Assembly (NCBI GenBank): GCA_044376115.1
Contig: JBILLK010000005.1
Location: 256,001-320,000 of the forward strand
DNA length: 64,000 nucleotides
Reading direction: 5' to 3'
From: Polyangiaceae bacterium
GTDB taxonomy: Bacteria > Myxococcota_A > Polyangia > Polyangiales > Polyangiaceae
Shown here: piece after piece, positions 37,197 to 45,841 of the stretch
Layout of the letters: every line of letters starts with the position of its first letter
Position numbering within the stretch: the first letter of the stretch is position 1
The notes under the pieces: model-generated
Databases searched by the model: none
The model's input: the letters and a program-made list of their open reading frames with translations, nothing else
What the model was told of the DNA's origin: nothing
Program-made: the position numbers and the translations under genes

Positions 37197-38372
37197 CTAG
37201 CTGAGCCAGATGAACTTTAGGTAGCGGCCCTCCGGAAAGGTAGCGGGGGACGGGTGATCTTCCGGCGGGCCGTGAACTTCGCGAACGGAGAGATCGCTGC
37301 GCCCCAACACCTCGTCCGTGAGCGTAGTGAGGAAGTCCTCCGCAGAGATGTGGCTCGAGCAGGAAGCTGCGGCGAGCATGCCGCCCTCTGCGAGCAAGCC
37401 GGCGCAAGCTTTGTGCAGTTTGGCGTAAGCCGCGAGCGCGGTCTTCTTGGCGCGCTCGTTGGGGGCGAAGCTCGGTGGGTCGCAGATGATGCGGTCGAAG
37501 CGCTCGCGGCTTTTGGCTGCGCCTTCTAGAAATGCAAACACGTCGGCGGTCACGAATGCGTGAGTCGAAGGGTCGAGCCCGTTCTTACGAAATGAGCGCT
37601 GAGCCGAGGCGTGCGCTTTGGGCGCAATGTCGACGCTGACCGTGCGCTCGGCGCCGCCCAAGGCTGCAGCCAGCGAAAATCCGCCGGAGTAGCTGTAAAG
37701 GTTGAGCACCTTTTTGGCGCCGCTCGAGCGCTCTCGAACTCGCCGACGGTTCTCGCGTTGATCGAGAAAGGCGCCCGTCTTTTGCCCCCGCGCGAGATCC
37801 ACTTCCATCTTCATGCCGTGCTCGAGCACGTCGATGGTGTCCGGCGCAGCTTCCCCACCGAGCTGGACTACCCGTCGATCATTGGCGGCAGAGGCCTCGA
37901 CGCGACCCAGCAGACTTACGACGCCGATCGACGACAAGACTGGCAGCAAGGTCTCGACTAAGCGCGGCACCCAGCTTTGCATCGCTGCACCGTCGGTTCG
38001 CAACACGGCTACGTGCGCGTAGCGATCGAGCACGAGGCCGGGTACGCGATCCCCTTCGCCGTTGAGTAGCCGATAAGCGTTGGTATCGCTTTTTGAGAGC
38101 TGCTGACGGCGACTGAACGCTCTTGCGATGGTTTGTGAGAACCACGCGGCGTCGAGCGGTTGATCGCCCCGCGTGTAGATGCGTACGGCGAGGGGCGAGC
38201 TCGTATCGAAGAGACCGAGCCCAATCGTCCCACCGCGCGCGTCTTGGACCGCGACCACGTCGCCGGTGCGGGGAGTGCCGCCAGTGGTGCCGCGCAGGGC
38301 CTCACGGAAAACCCACGGGTGACCCCGCCTAAGCGCAGTTGCAACGGAGTCATCAACCTTCACTACGATCAC
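37197..38372 (-). CDS. rlmI: RlmI-like class I SAM-dependent rRNA methyltransferase (PUA domain)
   Basis: GHPWVF, YRLLNGEGDRVPGLVLDRY, GQKTGAFLDQRENR, VLNLYSYSGGFS, DPPSF, SCS. Confidence 0.88.
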   Translation of the reverse strand: MIVVKVDDSVATALRRGHPWVFREALRGTTGGTPRTGDVVAVQDARGGTIGLGLFDTSSPLAVRIYTRGDQPLDAAWFSQTIARAFSRRQQLSKSDTNAYRLLNGEGDRVPGLVLDRYAHVAVLRTDGAAMQSWVPRLVETLLPVLSSIGVVSLLGRVEASAANDRRVVQLGGEAAPDTIDVLEHGMKMEVDLARGQKTGAFLDQRENRRRVRERSSGAKKVLNLYSYSGGFSLAAALGGAERTVSVDIAPKAHASAQRSFRKNGLDPSTHAFVTADVFAFLEGAAKSRERFDRIICDPPSFAPNERAKKTALAAYAKLHKACAGLLAEGGMLAAASCSSHISAEDFLTTLTDEVLGRSDLSVREVHGPPEDHPSPATFPEGRYLKFIWLS

Positions 38373-38401
38373 GAAGCAGCGCTACCATACGTGGAAAGCC
38401 G

Positions 38402-39430
38402 TTGCTAAAGCTCTTCCGCTCCTGGGTCCCTTTGTGTTCGTTGCTGGTGCTCCCAACCGTGTCTTGCGAGGGCAGCCACGGTGATCTCGCCGCCACCGGT
38501 GGTGCCGGCGGTGAAGCGACGAGCTCCTCTTCTTCCTCTAGTTCCTCCGCTGGCGGTGGAGGCGGAACTGCGGGCGCTCCTCCGGTGATCGAGCCGGATC
38601 TGCCCGACAAGCTGACTTTGATTCACGGCAGTCCGGACCGCGGTGAGCTGCGTTTTTGCTTTGTAGATGCGGCTACTCGCTCCGGTGGTGAGCTACTTCC
38701 GCCACAGCCGCTTGCCTTTGGGCACAGCTTTCCGATCGTGGAGCCGGCGTCGGTGTTGGCGGTTGAGAGTGATCTCGAAGCAGTCGTAGTAGCGGGCGAT
38801 CTCGATCTCGTGGTGGGGGCGAGTTGTGCGGACCTGCTGCTCGACCCACCAGCAGGTGTTGACGTCGTTTCGCTCGGGCTCTTACCCGCGAACACCTTCG
38901 CGCAGCAGCGAAGCCTGGCGTTTGTTGTTACCGGGTGTTTCGGAGCTGCCGACGCAAAGGATGCCGAGCTCGGTTGTGGCGATGGTTACAGCGGCACGAC
39001 TCCGACGTTGTTTCCGATCATCGCGCCGCTGTCGCGCTTGACCGAAGCCTCGGCGATTGGGCTCGCCGTGCTCAACGCGAGTTCCTCGTTCGAGCCGGTG
39101 GATGTCCGCATTCAACCGAACATGAAGTCCGCGCCCAAGTTTCCGCTGGCTTCGCAGGTTCCGCGCGGGGGAACGCTGCCGTTTCCTCCGTATACCGCCC
39201 TCAACGTAGCGACGCTGGGTGCTCCCAACGGCGTAAAGCTGTTTGCCAATCGGCTGGGTCAATCGCTCGAGGTCGAGGTCGCGCTGGGTCCGGCGCTGAG
39301 CGCAGGCGGTCTCTCGTCGCTCGACAACGGCGCAAGCTACGTGCTTGTTGCTGTAGGTGCAGCGCCAGGGGCGCCCGCAGGCTTCTGGGAGCCGTTCAGC
39401 TTCGTCGTCGTCGAGGCCGATCCAACGTAG
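38402..39430 (+). CDS. Hypothetical lipoprotein with two DUF4397-like repeats
   Basis: Signal-like segment ending VSC, Ser/Gly linker, then LTLIHGSPD and LAVLNASSSFEPVDVRI, resembling the DUF4397 'VRVVHASPDAP.VDV' pattern. Start uncertain (ORF open from 38339). Confidence 0.6.
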   Translation: MLKLFRSWVPLCSLLVLPTVSCEGSHGDLAATGGAGGEATSSSSSSSSSAGGGGGTAGAPPVIEPDLPDKLTLIHGSPDRGELRFCFVDAATRSGGELLPPQPLAFGHSFPIVEPASVLAVESDLEAVVVAGDLDLVVGASCADLLLDPPAGVDVVSLGLLPANTFAQQRSLAFVVTGCFGAADAKDAELGCGDGYSGTTPTLFPIIAPLSRLTEASAIGLAVLNASSSFEPVDVRIQPNMKSAPKFPLASQVPRGGTLPFPPYTALNVATLGAPNGVKLFANRLGQSLEVEVALGPALSAGGLSSLDNGASYVLVAVGAAPGAPAGFWEPFSFVVVEADPT

Positions 39431-39434
39431 CGGC

Positions 39435-40862
39435 CTACGCTGCGCGCTCACGAAGCTGCGTGACCGTCTTTTCTTCCTGCGCGCTCAGAACGTCGAGGGC
39501 GGCCACGCGATACGCTTCAGCGAGGGTGGGGAAGTTGAAGGTTGTCTCAACGAAGCGTTCCACCTCCCAGCCCGACGAGATCGCCACTTGCCCGACCGTC
39601 ACAAGCTCCGCTGCGCCTTCTCCTGAGACGTGTACGCCGACGACTTTGCGCGAGCCAGCGTCAACCACGAGCTTCAAAATGCCGTCGTCAATCGCCGCAA
39701 TCTGCCCTCGGGCCAGCTCTTCGAAGGGAGCGCGGCCAACCACGACCTGCGCGTAACGCTCTCGCGCTTGAGCTTCCGTTAGGCCGACGCTCGCGAGCTC
39801 CGGGATGGTGTAAACGCCAGTGGGAATGAAGCCCGAATCGATCGGTACGGGCCGACCGAGCGCGTGGCAAACGGCTCTGCGCCCCTGCTCCATCGATGAG
39901 GCCGCGAGCGAGGGAGGACCGATCACGTCGCCCGCCGCGTAGATCTTGGCGACGCCTGTGTAGCAGTCTGCGTCCGCCTCGATCACACCGCGTGCGTTCG
40001 GTTTGATGCCAACGGTCTCGAGCCCGAGCCCGCGGATGTTGGCGATTCGTCCGACCGCGGCCAGCACCTTGTCGGCGACGAGCGTCTTGCCCGACGCAAG
40101 CTTCACTCGCACGCCATCGGCTGCATCCACCTGAACCTCGGCGACGCCGGAGCCAAACTCTGTTTCGCCCTCGTGAGCGTGAAAGGATCGCAAAAAGCGC
40201 TCGACCAGCTCTGGCTCCAAGAACCCCAAGGGCCCGGCGCCCTTGTCGGCGATGGTCACCTTCACGCCCAGCGTCGCGAAGATCGAGGCGTATTCGCAGG
40301 CGATGACCCCGGCTCCGAGCACGATCAGGGAGCGCGGGAGGTAGGCCATCGAGAGGATCGAATCGCTGTCGAGCACGTGTTCGTGATCGATTGTGAGCTC
40401 CTTCGGGTTGCGCGGGCGGGAGCCCGTGGCGATCACGATCACGGGTGCAAACAGCTGCGTCTCTACGCCGTGAACGTCGCGCACGGCGACGCTCTCGGTG
40501 GAGGTGAAGCGTGTCCGACCGTGGCGTAGGTGCACGCCGGCGCGGTTTAGCTGCGTCTCCATCACTCGTTCGTGCGCTGTGATCACCTGGCTGAGACGTC
40601 GCATCAACGCAACGACCTGCGTATTGGGCGTTGTCTCGACGCGAAAGGCGTCACCGCTCTTCTTGCGAAAGGCCGACAGCGCGATCGCCGTCTCACGCAG
40701 CGTCTTGGACGGGATGGTGCCGTGGGTCACGCAGGCGCCGCCTACGTTGCGCTCTTGCTCGATCACCACCACACGCTTCTTGGAGTGTGCCGCCGACAAG
40801 GCTGCGCCGTGTCCGGCAGGACCGCTGCCGATCACGATGACGTCGAAGTGTGTTTCGTTCAT
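39435..40862 (-). CDS. sthA: Soluble Si-specific NAD(P)+ transhydrogenase
   Basis: FAD motif VIGSGPAG; GGACVTHGTIPSK (second Cys replaced by Thr, as in SthA); GAGVIACEYAS, GDVIGPPSLA, FNFPTLAEAYRVAA. ATG 40862 overlaps the HDOD stop. Confidence 0.92.
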   Translation of the reverse strand: MNETHFDVIVIGSGPAGHGAALSAAHSKKRVVVIEQERNVGGACVTHGTIPSKTLRETAIALSAFRKKSGDAFRVETTPNTQVVALMRRLSQVITAHERVMETQLNRAGVHLRHGRTRFTSTESVAVRDVHGVETQLFAPVIVIATGSRPRNPKELTIDHEHVLDSDSILSMAYLPRSLIVLGAGVIACEYASIFATLGVKVTIADKGAGPLGFLEPELVERFLRSFHAHEGETEFGSGVAEVQVDAADGVRVKLASGKTLVADKVLAAVGRIANIRGLGLETVGIKPNARGVIEADADCYTGVAKIYAAGDVIGPPSLAASSMEQGRRAVCHALGRPVPIDSGFIPTGVYTIPELASVGLTEAQARERYAQVVVGRAPFEELARGQIAAIDDGILKLVVDAGSRKVVGVHVSGEGAAELVTVGQVAISSGWEVERFVETTFNFPTLAEAYRVAALDVLSAQEEKTVTQLRERAA

Positions 40863-41695
40863 GCGAACGCTCCAGCGACACGCTCGGCCTCGTCCGAAAG
40901 CTCGAACAGCGCGTCGAGGTCCTCCGGGTACAAATTGAGCGCTGCTGCTGCTGCGTGCGAGCGCACCGAATCTTGGGGCGCACCATCCAATACAACGTGC
41001 GCAAGGTGATCGGCCACCTGCACGATTTGAACGCCGGTGTCCGAGTAACCCGACGAATGATGGAAGCTCGTGGCCTTCGCCACGGCGTCGGGCAGTCCCC
41101 AACGTTCGACCAGCGCTACGCCGTAGCGCACGTGAACGCGGTCGACGACCTCGATCACGTCACTGCGCGCGATCAGGTTCTCTGCAGCGGCGAGGGGCAG
41201 TGCCGCAGGCTTGCCAACGTCGTGAAGCAGCCCCGATAGGAAGGCCTCTTCGACGTTGAGGCGCTTCTGCCTCGCGATCTCCTGCGCGAAGTACGCGGTG
41301 CACACGGCGTGCTTGAACATGTCGGTGAGCAGCTTCTCGTAGCCGCGCACGACGAAGGTGCGGCTGCTGATCGTGACCATCAGGGCGAGGTCCCGAACCT
41401 GGCGAGAACCGAGTCGAGTGCAGGCCTGGTGAATCGACACGATTGGGCTCGAAGGCGTACAGATGGGGGAGTTCGCCACCTTGAGTACGTAGGAGGTAAG
41501 CGACTGATCTCGCTTGAGGACTTCCACGATGTCGCGGACGCTCGTGGAGTCGTCCTGGGCCAACGCGATAATGCGCTGAGCAGCCGCAGGGAGAATTGGC
41601 AGCCCGACTTGGCCTGCCGCCAACTTTGACAAGAGGCGACCGGCTACCCGATCGACCGGCGACTCGGCGGGAGGAGTCATGGTGATCGATTCCAT
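40859..41695 (-). CDS. HDOD domain protein
   Basis: LPILP, DQSLTSYVLKVANSP, SIHQACTRLG, AFLSGLLHDVGK, LVERWGLP, FHH. Confidence 0.9.
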   Translation of the reverse strand: MESITMTPPAESPVDRVAGRLLSKLAAGQVGLPILPAAAQRIIALAQDDSTSVRDIVEVLKRDQSLTSYVLKVANSPICTPSSPIVSIHQACTRLGSRQVRDLALMVTISSRTFVVRGYEKLLTDMFKHAVCTAYFAQEIARQKRLNVEEAFLSGLLHDVGKPAALPLAAAENLIARSDVIEVVDRVHVRYGVALVERWGLPDAVAKATSFHHSSGYSDTGVQIVQVADHLAHVVLDGAPQDSVRSHAAAAALNLYPEDLDALFELSDEAERVAGAFA

Positions 41696-41821
41696 CGTCT
41701 TGGGGAACGTCGCGTTGGGATCGATTCTGAAGCGGTTTCGGTGGCGCTTGAGCTTGACGTCCGGGGAGCGAGAGAGGATGAGTGCCGCCGAAAAGTACGT
41801 CGACGAGGAGGTCGGATTCCG

Positions 41822-42835
41822 ATGAACGGTTTTGTACGCGCAGTTGCATCTACGTTGGTCGTCAGCGCGATGATCGGCGGGACCCTGAATTGTGGTGGTG
41901 GTTCTTCCTCGGGGGACGTTTCTCCGGCGGATCTCGCGAACCTCCCGCCGGCTCCCTCCGAGCTCGGCATCCTCGTGGTAGTGAAAGCTGGTTCAGGTGA
42001 GGCCGAGGCATTCGCTGCCAACGTACAGAGCGCATTGTCCACATCGATGACCAACGCGGGCTACAAGCTCGTCGCCTCCCCCGAGGGCAACCCGGACGTG
42101 ATCGCCAATGTGACCCTGAACGCGACGGAGGAGACGTCCTTCTTCCAGGTGCAGGTCAACGGCCAGGTGCAGAAGAGCTACAAGGTCACCATCAGCGCGT
42201 CCTTCGTCGCCGCCGGCGATGCAGCCGTAATCGATCAAGCCGCCTCGGACTTCAGCGGTAAGGGTGGAGAAATCGAGCAGAGCGCGATCGATAAGGTGCT
42301 CGTTCACCTGGGCAAGACGCGCAAGCTCAGCAATTACGCCACCACCGCCAAGGCCAAGGCCGTGAAGGCTGAGGATGATCTGTGGACGGCCGCAAACGTT
42401 GAAGGCTGCAGGAAGCCCACGGTGGAGACGGCTTGTGAAGGCGTTGAGAAGTACATCGCCGCTTACCCGTCTGGGAAGTACACGGCAGAAGGCCGCAAGG
42501 CTCTCGCTGAGGGTGAGTCCGCCAAGGTCAAGCTCGCTGATGACAACGCGTGGAAGGCTGCTGCAGTAGACATCTGCCTCAAGCCGACCAAGTCCTATGA
42601 CTGCAAGAGCGTCGAGGAATACATCGCCAAGTACCCCACGGGCGCATACGTGGCCGAGGGCAAGTCGGCGATGAAGAAGTCTGAGGCCGCACGCGAGGGG
42701 CTCGCCAAGCAGGAGGCTTTGAACAAGAAGAAGGAGTCTCGCGACGAATGCGTCAAGAACTGCCGTCGCGCGTACGAGCAACGCTACTCGTTCGAGGTGC
42801 TCTCAGCGCGCTGCATTCAGACGGAATGCAGCTGA
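41822..42835 (+). CDS. Hypothetical lipoprotein with two Cys-containing 'YI..YP.G.Y..EG' repeats
   Basis: GGAGG upstream of ATG 41822; signal ending TLNC; repeats DDLW...CEGVEKYIAAYPSGKYTAEG and DDNAW...CKSVEEYIAKYPTGAYVAEG. Confidence 0.75.
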   Translation: MNGFVRAVASTLVVSAMIGGTLNCGGGSSSGDVSPADLANLPPAPSELGILVVVKAGSGEAEAFAANVQSALSTSMTNAGYKLVASPEGNPDVIANVTLNATEETSFFQVQVNGQVQKSYKVTISASFVAAGDAAVIDQAASDFSGKGGEIEQSAIDKVLVHLGKTRKLSNYATTAKAKAVKAEDDLWTAANVEGCRKPTVETACEGVEKYIAAYPSGKYTAEGRKALAEGESAKVKLADDNAWKAAAVDICLKPTKSYDCKSVEEYIAKYPTGAYVAEGKSAMKKSEAAREGLAKQEALNKKKESRDECVKNCRRAYEQRYSFEVLSARCIQTECS

Positions 42836-42866
42836 GATCTAGCTGAGCCTCAACGCTCGATGATGC

Positions 42867-42896
42867 AGGCCACTCAACCTCGTTGAGTGGCCTTTG
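42867..42896. terminator. Probable intrinsic terminator between convergent genes
   Basis: Perfect 12-bp inverted repeat AGGCCACTCAAC-ctc-GTTGAGTGGCCT followed by TTG, located between the stops at 42835 (+) and 42897 (-). Confidence 0.75.
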
Positions 42897-45161
42897 TCAT
42901 AGGCGAGGACGGGGACGCAGGGCGAGCGCGCGATCCAAGATTGCGCCGAAGTTCATCGGTCGCGAGGGCTGTCGCGGCACGATCTCCATCACGTCTTCTG
43001 CCGCGGGGAGCTCCGAGCGATCGGTGATGTTGACTGCGCCAAGCGAGCGCATCTCGGTGGTCTCCACCTGAACGGGCTTGGGAGTTGGGGCCTCCTCTTC
43101 GCCCTCCTCCTCCTCGAGCTCCGGCTCGGCGGGCGGGGCAGCGACGGCGTCGAGCGCAACCGCGGGCTCAGCCTCGGCCTCAGGCTTTGCAACCAACTCC
43201 GGCTCTGACGGCGGTGCTTCGACGGGCTTTGCAACCAGCTCCGGTTCGGCGGCCGGGTCCACGATGGCGTGGAACGGAGCGACAACCGCAGGCTCTGCAA
43301 CCAGCTCCGGCTCAGCGTCGGGCTCTGCAACAAGCGCCAACTCCGGCTCGGAAGCCTGTGCTTCGACCGCGTCGAACGCAACCGCCGGCTCGGGCCCAGC
43401 GACTACCTCCGCCTCAGCAACCAACTCCGGCGCGGGCTCCGCGGCTTCAGGCTCTGCAACAAGCGCCAGCTCGGGCTCGGCGACGATCTCCGGCGCGAAC
43501 GGCTCGACATACGGAGCTTCAACGTGCGCCGGAGCTTCAACGTGCGCCGGGGCTTCATCGAAGGCGGCAACGGGCGTTGGTTGGAAGCGGGTCGACGGAC
43601 CGTCGTCATCGTCATCGTCGTCGACGTAGGTAGGTACAACCAGCGGCGGCTCCAGGAGCGGCGGCGGGAACTGCAGCGGCGGTGGCTGGAGCGGCGGCTG
43701 CGCGAAGAGCGGCGCGCGCACAACCGGGGGCGGTTCGAGCGGCGACACAGCGGCCGGAACCGACACAGCGGCCGGAACCGACACAGCGGCCGGAACCGAC
43801 ATAGCGGCTGGGACCGACATAGCGGCCGGGACCGACATAGCGGCTGGGACCGACACGAAGGAGCTCATTACCAAGGGCGGTGCAACAAGCTCGACCGGCG
43901 TCTCGCTCGCGGGTGCAAAGAACGGGCTGGTCGCAAACGGACCGTCGGGTGGAGGTGAACTCGCGAGTTCCTCCTCCTCTGTCTGTGGCCTGTTGCCCTT
44001 GACGAACGGCTGACTCTCGACCTCGCCAGACTCGGGCGGCGTGGAGTCGAGCACGACCTCATCGAGCGGTTCACGAAAGGCGACTGGACGCTTCGACGAC
44101 TCCGGCTGCTCCTCGAGCAGGTTGTCGGCGGGCTCTCCCGACGCGGCTGCGCTCTCGATCGCTCCCAACTGCGCTACATCGAAGAGCACCGATGATTCGA
44201 GGCTCGATGGGCGCGCCGAAGGAGGCACCGACGATGGGGAGCCCAGCGCTTCATCGGCGCTGGTGAGCACGGTTGCGGGCGGTAGCGTCGAGACCGGATC
44301 CTCCGCTAGGGCGTCGAGATCCTCGAGTTCGAGCGGCGCCGCGGGCGCCCGGCTTTCTCTCGTGAAGCTAACCACGGCCCGACTAAAGTCATCCACCTGC
44401 GGCGGTGCAGAGTCGGCCCATAGCGGCTTGTGTGCTTCTTCGCTTGGGCCGGGCGGCTCTGTTCCAGCCTCGTCGGAGGGCGGCGGTTCTGTCATCGGTC
44501 GTTCCGGTGAGCCGAGCATCGTCTCGCGCGGGGCTGAGTCGGGTTCGTCTTCCTCGAGTTCGTCCACAAACTCATCAATCTCGATCACCTCATCGTCATC
44601 GTCGGCTGCTGCAACATGGTCCGCGGGCGGCTCGATCGATGGCGGAGTGAAGAGCTCGGCTTCTCCCTCAGCGACCTCAGCCTCTTCCTCCTCCTCGCGC
44701 CTGTGCGATTCTTCCAACAGGTCCGAGGCCCGGAGTTCCGCCTCCTCGACCTCGCGTGCGAGTTGTTCCTCTGCCAAAACCAACGCTTCGATCTCGTCGG
44801 CGTTGCCGGTTGACGTCGCCTCTTCATCGAAAGAGCCGCTGAAGCGAATCAACGCGCCCTCCATGGTGTTGCTGGTGGGCAGCGGCGTTCGGACCGATTC
44901 GGGGAAGGCCGTAAGTTCAGGCCGTTGAGGCTCGCCCGAGTTCGATGAGAATGACGCGAGCGCAGGCTCGCGAGGTAGATCGTAGGAGTCGTAGCCGCGG
45001 AACGTCTCTCGACTCGGCTCCACCGAACTTGGTTGTAGCTCGAACTCCGCAGCCGCCGCCGACTCGTAGGCTTGTGCCTCGCGAGGCGGACGAGCCTTGG
45101 CTGCTGCTTGAACGCGCGCGAGCAGCTCATGGAGCAGGACGACCCGGTCTTCAGGGCTCAA
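42897..45161 (-). CDS. Long acidic Glu/Pro/Ala-rich, probably disordered protein
   Basis: 754-aa ORF with short helical termini (LLHELLARVQAAAK; MNFGAILDRALAL) and internal repeats. The start overlaps the upstream stop (TTGA). Confidence 0.75.
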   Translation of the reverse strand: MSPEDRVVLLHELLARVQAAAKARPPREAQAYESAAAAEFELQPSSVEPSRETFRGYDSYDLPREPALASFSSNSGEPQRPELTAFPESVRTPLPTSNTMEGALIRFSGSFDEEATSTGNADEIEALVLAEEQLAREVEEAELRASDLLEESHRREEEEEAEVAEGEAELFTPPSIEPPADHVAAADDDDEVIEIDEFVDELEEDEPDSAPRETMLGSPERPMTEPPPSDEAGTEPPGPSEEAHKPLWADSAPPQVDDFSRAVVSFTRESRAPAAPLELEDLDALAEDPVSTLPPATVLTSADEALGSPSSVPPSARPSSLESSVLFDVAQLGAIESAAASGEPADNLLEEQPESSKRPVAFREPLDEVVLDSTPPESGEVESQPFVKGNRPQTEEEELASSPPPDGPFATSPFFAPASETPVELVAPPLVMSSFVSVPAAMSVPAAMSVPAAMSVPAAVSVPAAVSVPAAVSPLEPPPVVRAPLFAQPPLQPPPLQFPPPLLEPPLVVPTYVDDDDDDDGPSTRFQPTPVAAFDEAPAHVEAPAHVEAPYVEPFAPEIVAEPELALVAEPEAAEPAPELVAEAEVVAGPEPAVAFDAVEAQASEPELALVAEPDAEPELVAEPAVVAPFHAIVDPAAEPELVAKPVEAPPSEPELVAKPEAEAEPAVALDAVAAPPAEPELEEEEGEEEAPTPKPVQVETTEMRSLGAVNITDRSELPAAEDVMEIVPRQPSRPMNFGAILDRALALRPRPRL
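43512..43557. repeat. 18-bp tandem repeat, about 2.5 copies (APAHVE)
   Basis: cggagcttcaacgtgcgc x2 plus a partial copy. Confidence 0.85.
43743..43856. repeat. 18-bp coding tandem repeat (VNTR), about 6.3 copies (SVPAAM/SVPAAV)
   Basis: cgacacagcggccggaac x3 followed by cgacatagcggcygggac x3. Confidence 0.95.
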
Positions 45162-45736
45162 AGAGGCCGCTCCCCATGAAGCGCCCGCACGACCTCGGTG
45201 AATAGCTCCCCGCTCTTGGCCAGCGTCTCTACAGCGCTGATCGCCGCGAAGCTGCCGACGGCGATGCGAGCGAGCTCGGCCGAACGATCCACCACCAACG
45301 CCTTCAGTCGTTCGTCGGTCGCGAGGCTCATCGCACCTTCAACGGCGCCCACCAGCAGCTCATCCCCTCGTTGAGGCAGCGAGCAAGGATCGAACACGAA
45401 CAACAGCACGTCGCCCCAACACTCCGCACGCAAGTTGCCGAAGCCAAGCAACGCCAGCTCCCCACCGAGCTGATCCACCAAGCTCGAAAGCTCCGTCGCC
45501 CGCACGATGTCCCGCGCCGAGCGCCCACCCGCCGAGGGATTCAAGCGATGGGCGGCGCGCGTCATCGCTGAAGCTCCTAGCCGTTGCCCCAGCGCCCGCG
45601 CCGAGAGCCCACCCGTCGCGAGCGCAACAAGATCATCGGCCGGAACCAAAAGGTGTGGTCTGCGGTCTGAGAATTCGATCGTCCCCTGACGAAGATCGAA
45701 GCGCACTGCGCGGCTTGAATCGAAAGGTGCTGCCAT
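45158..45736 (-). CDS. V4R/XylR-N-like hypothetical protein
   Basis: VRFDLRQGTIEF...HLLVPADDLVAL...LGQRLG...LALLGFGNLRAE...LLVGAVEGAMS resembles the V4R/HNOX-like fold. Confidence 0.55.
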   Translation of the reverse strand: MAAPFDSSRAVRFDLRQGTIEFSDRRPHLLVPADDLVALATGGLSARALGQRLGASAMTRAAHRLNPSAGGRSARDIVRATELSSLVDQLGGELALLGFGNLRAECWGDVLLFVFDPCSLPQRGDELLVGAVEGAMSLATDERLKALVVDRSAELARIAVGSFAAISAVETLAKSGELFTEVVRALHGERPL

Positions 45737-45841
45737 GTTGGTTCGCGACCGGCGCCGTGAGAGTATGAGAAATCGCGTGGGTTACCAGTTGAAACCATCG
45801 GCCCGTCCAACGCTGTTCGCTTCTCGTGAGTCCGCCGCAAC

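Noticed and set aside
39435..40862. Dihydrolipoamide dehydrogenase or mercuric reductase
   Set aside because: The redox motif is CVTHGT, not CxxxxC, and the C-terminal motif is FNFPTLAE, both fitting SthA.
43743..43856. CRISPR array
   Set aside because: The repeats are contiguous 18-mers without spacers and in frame within a CDS; no cas genes are present.
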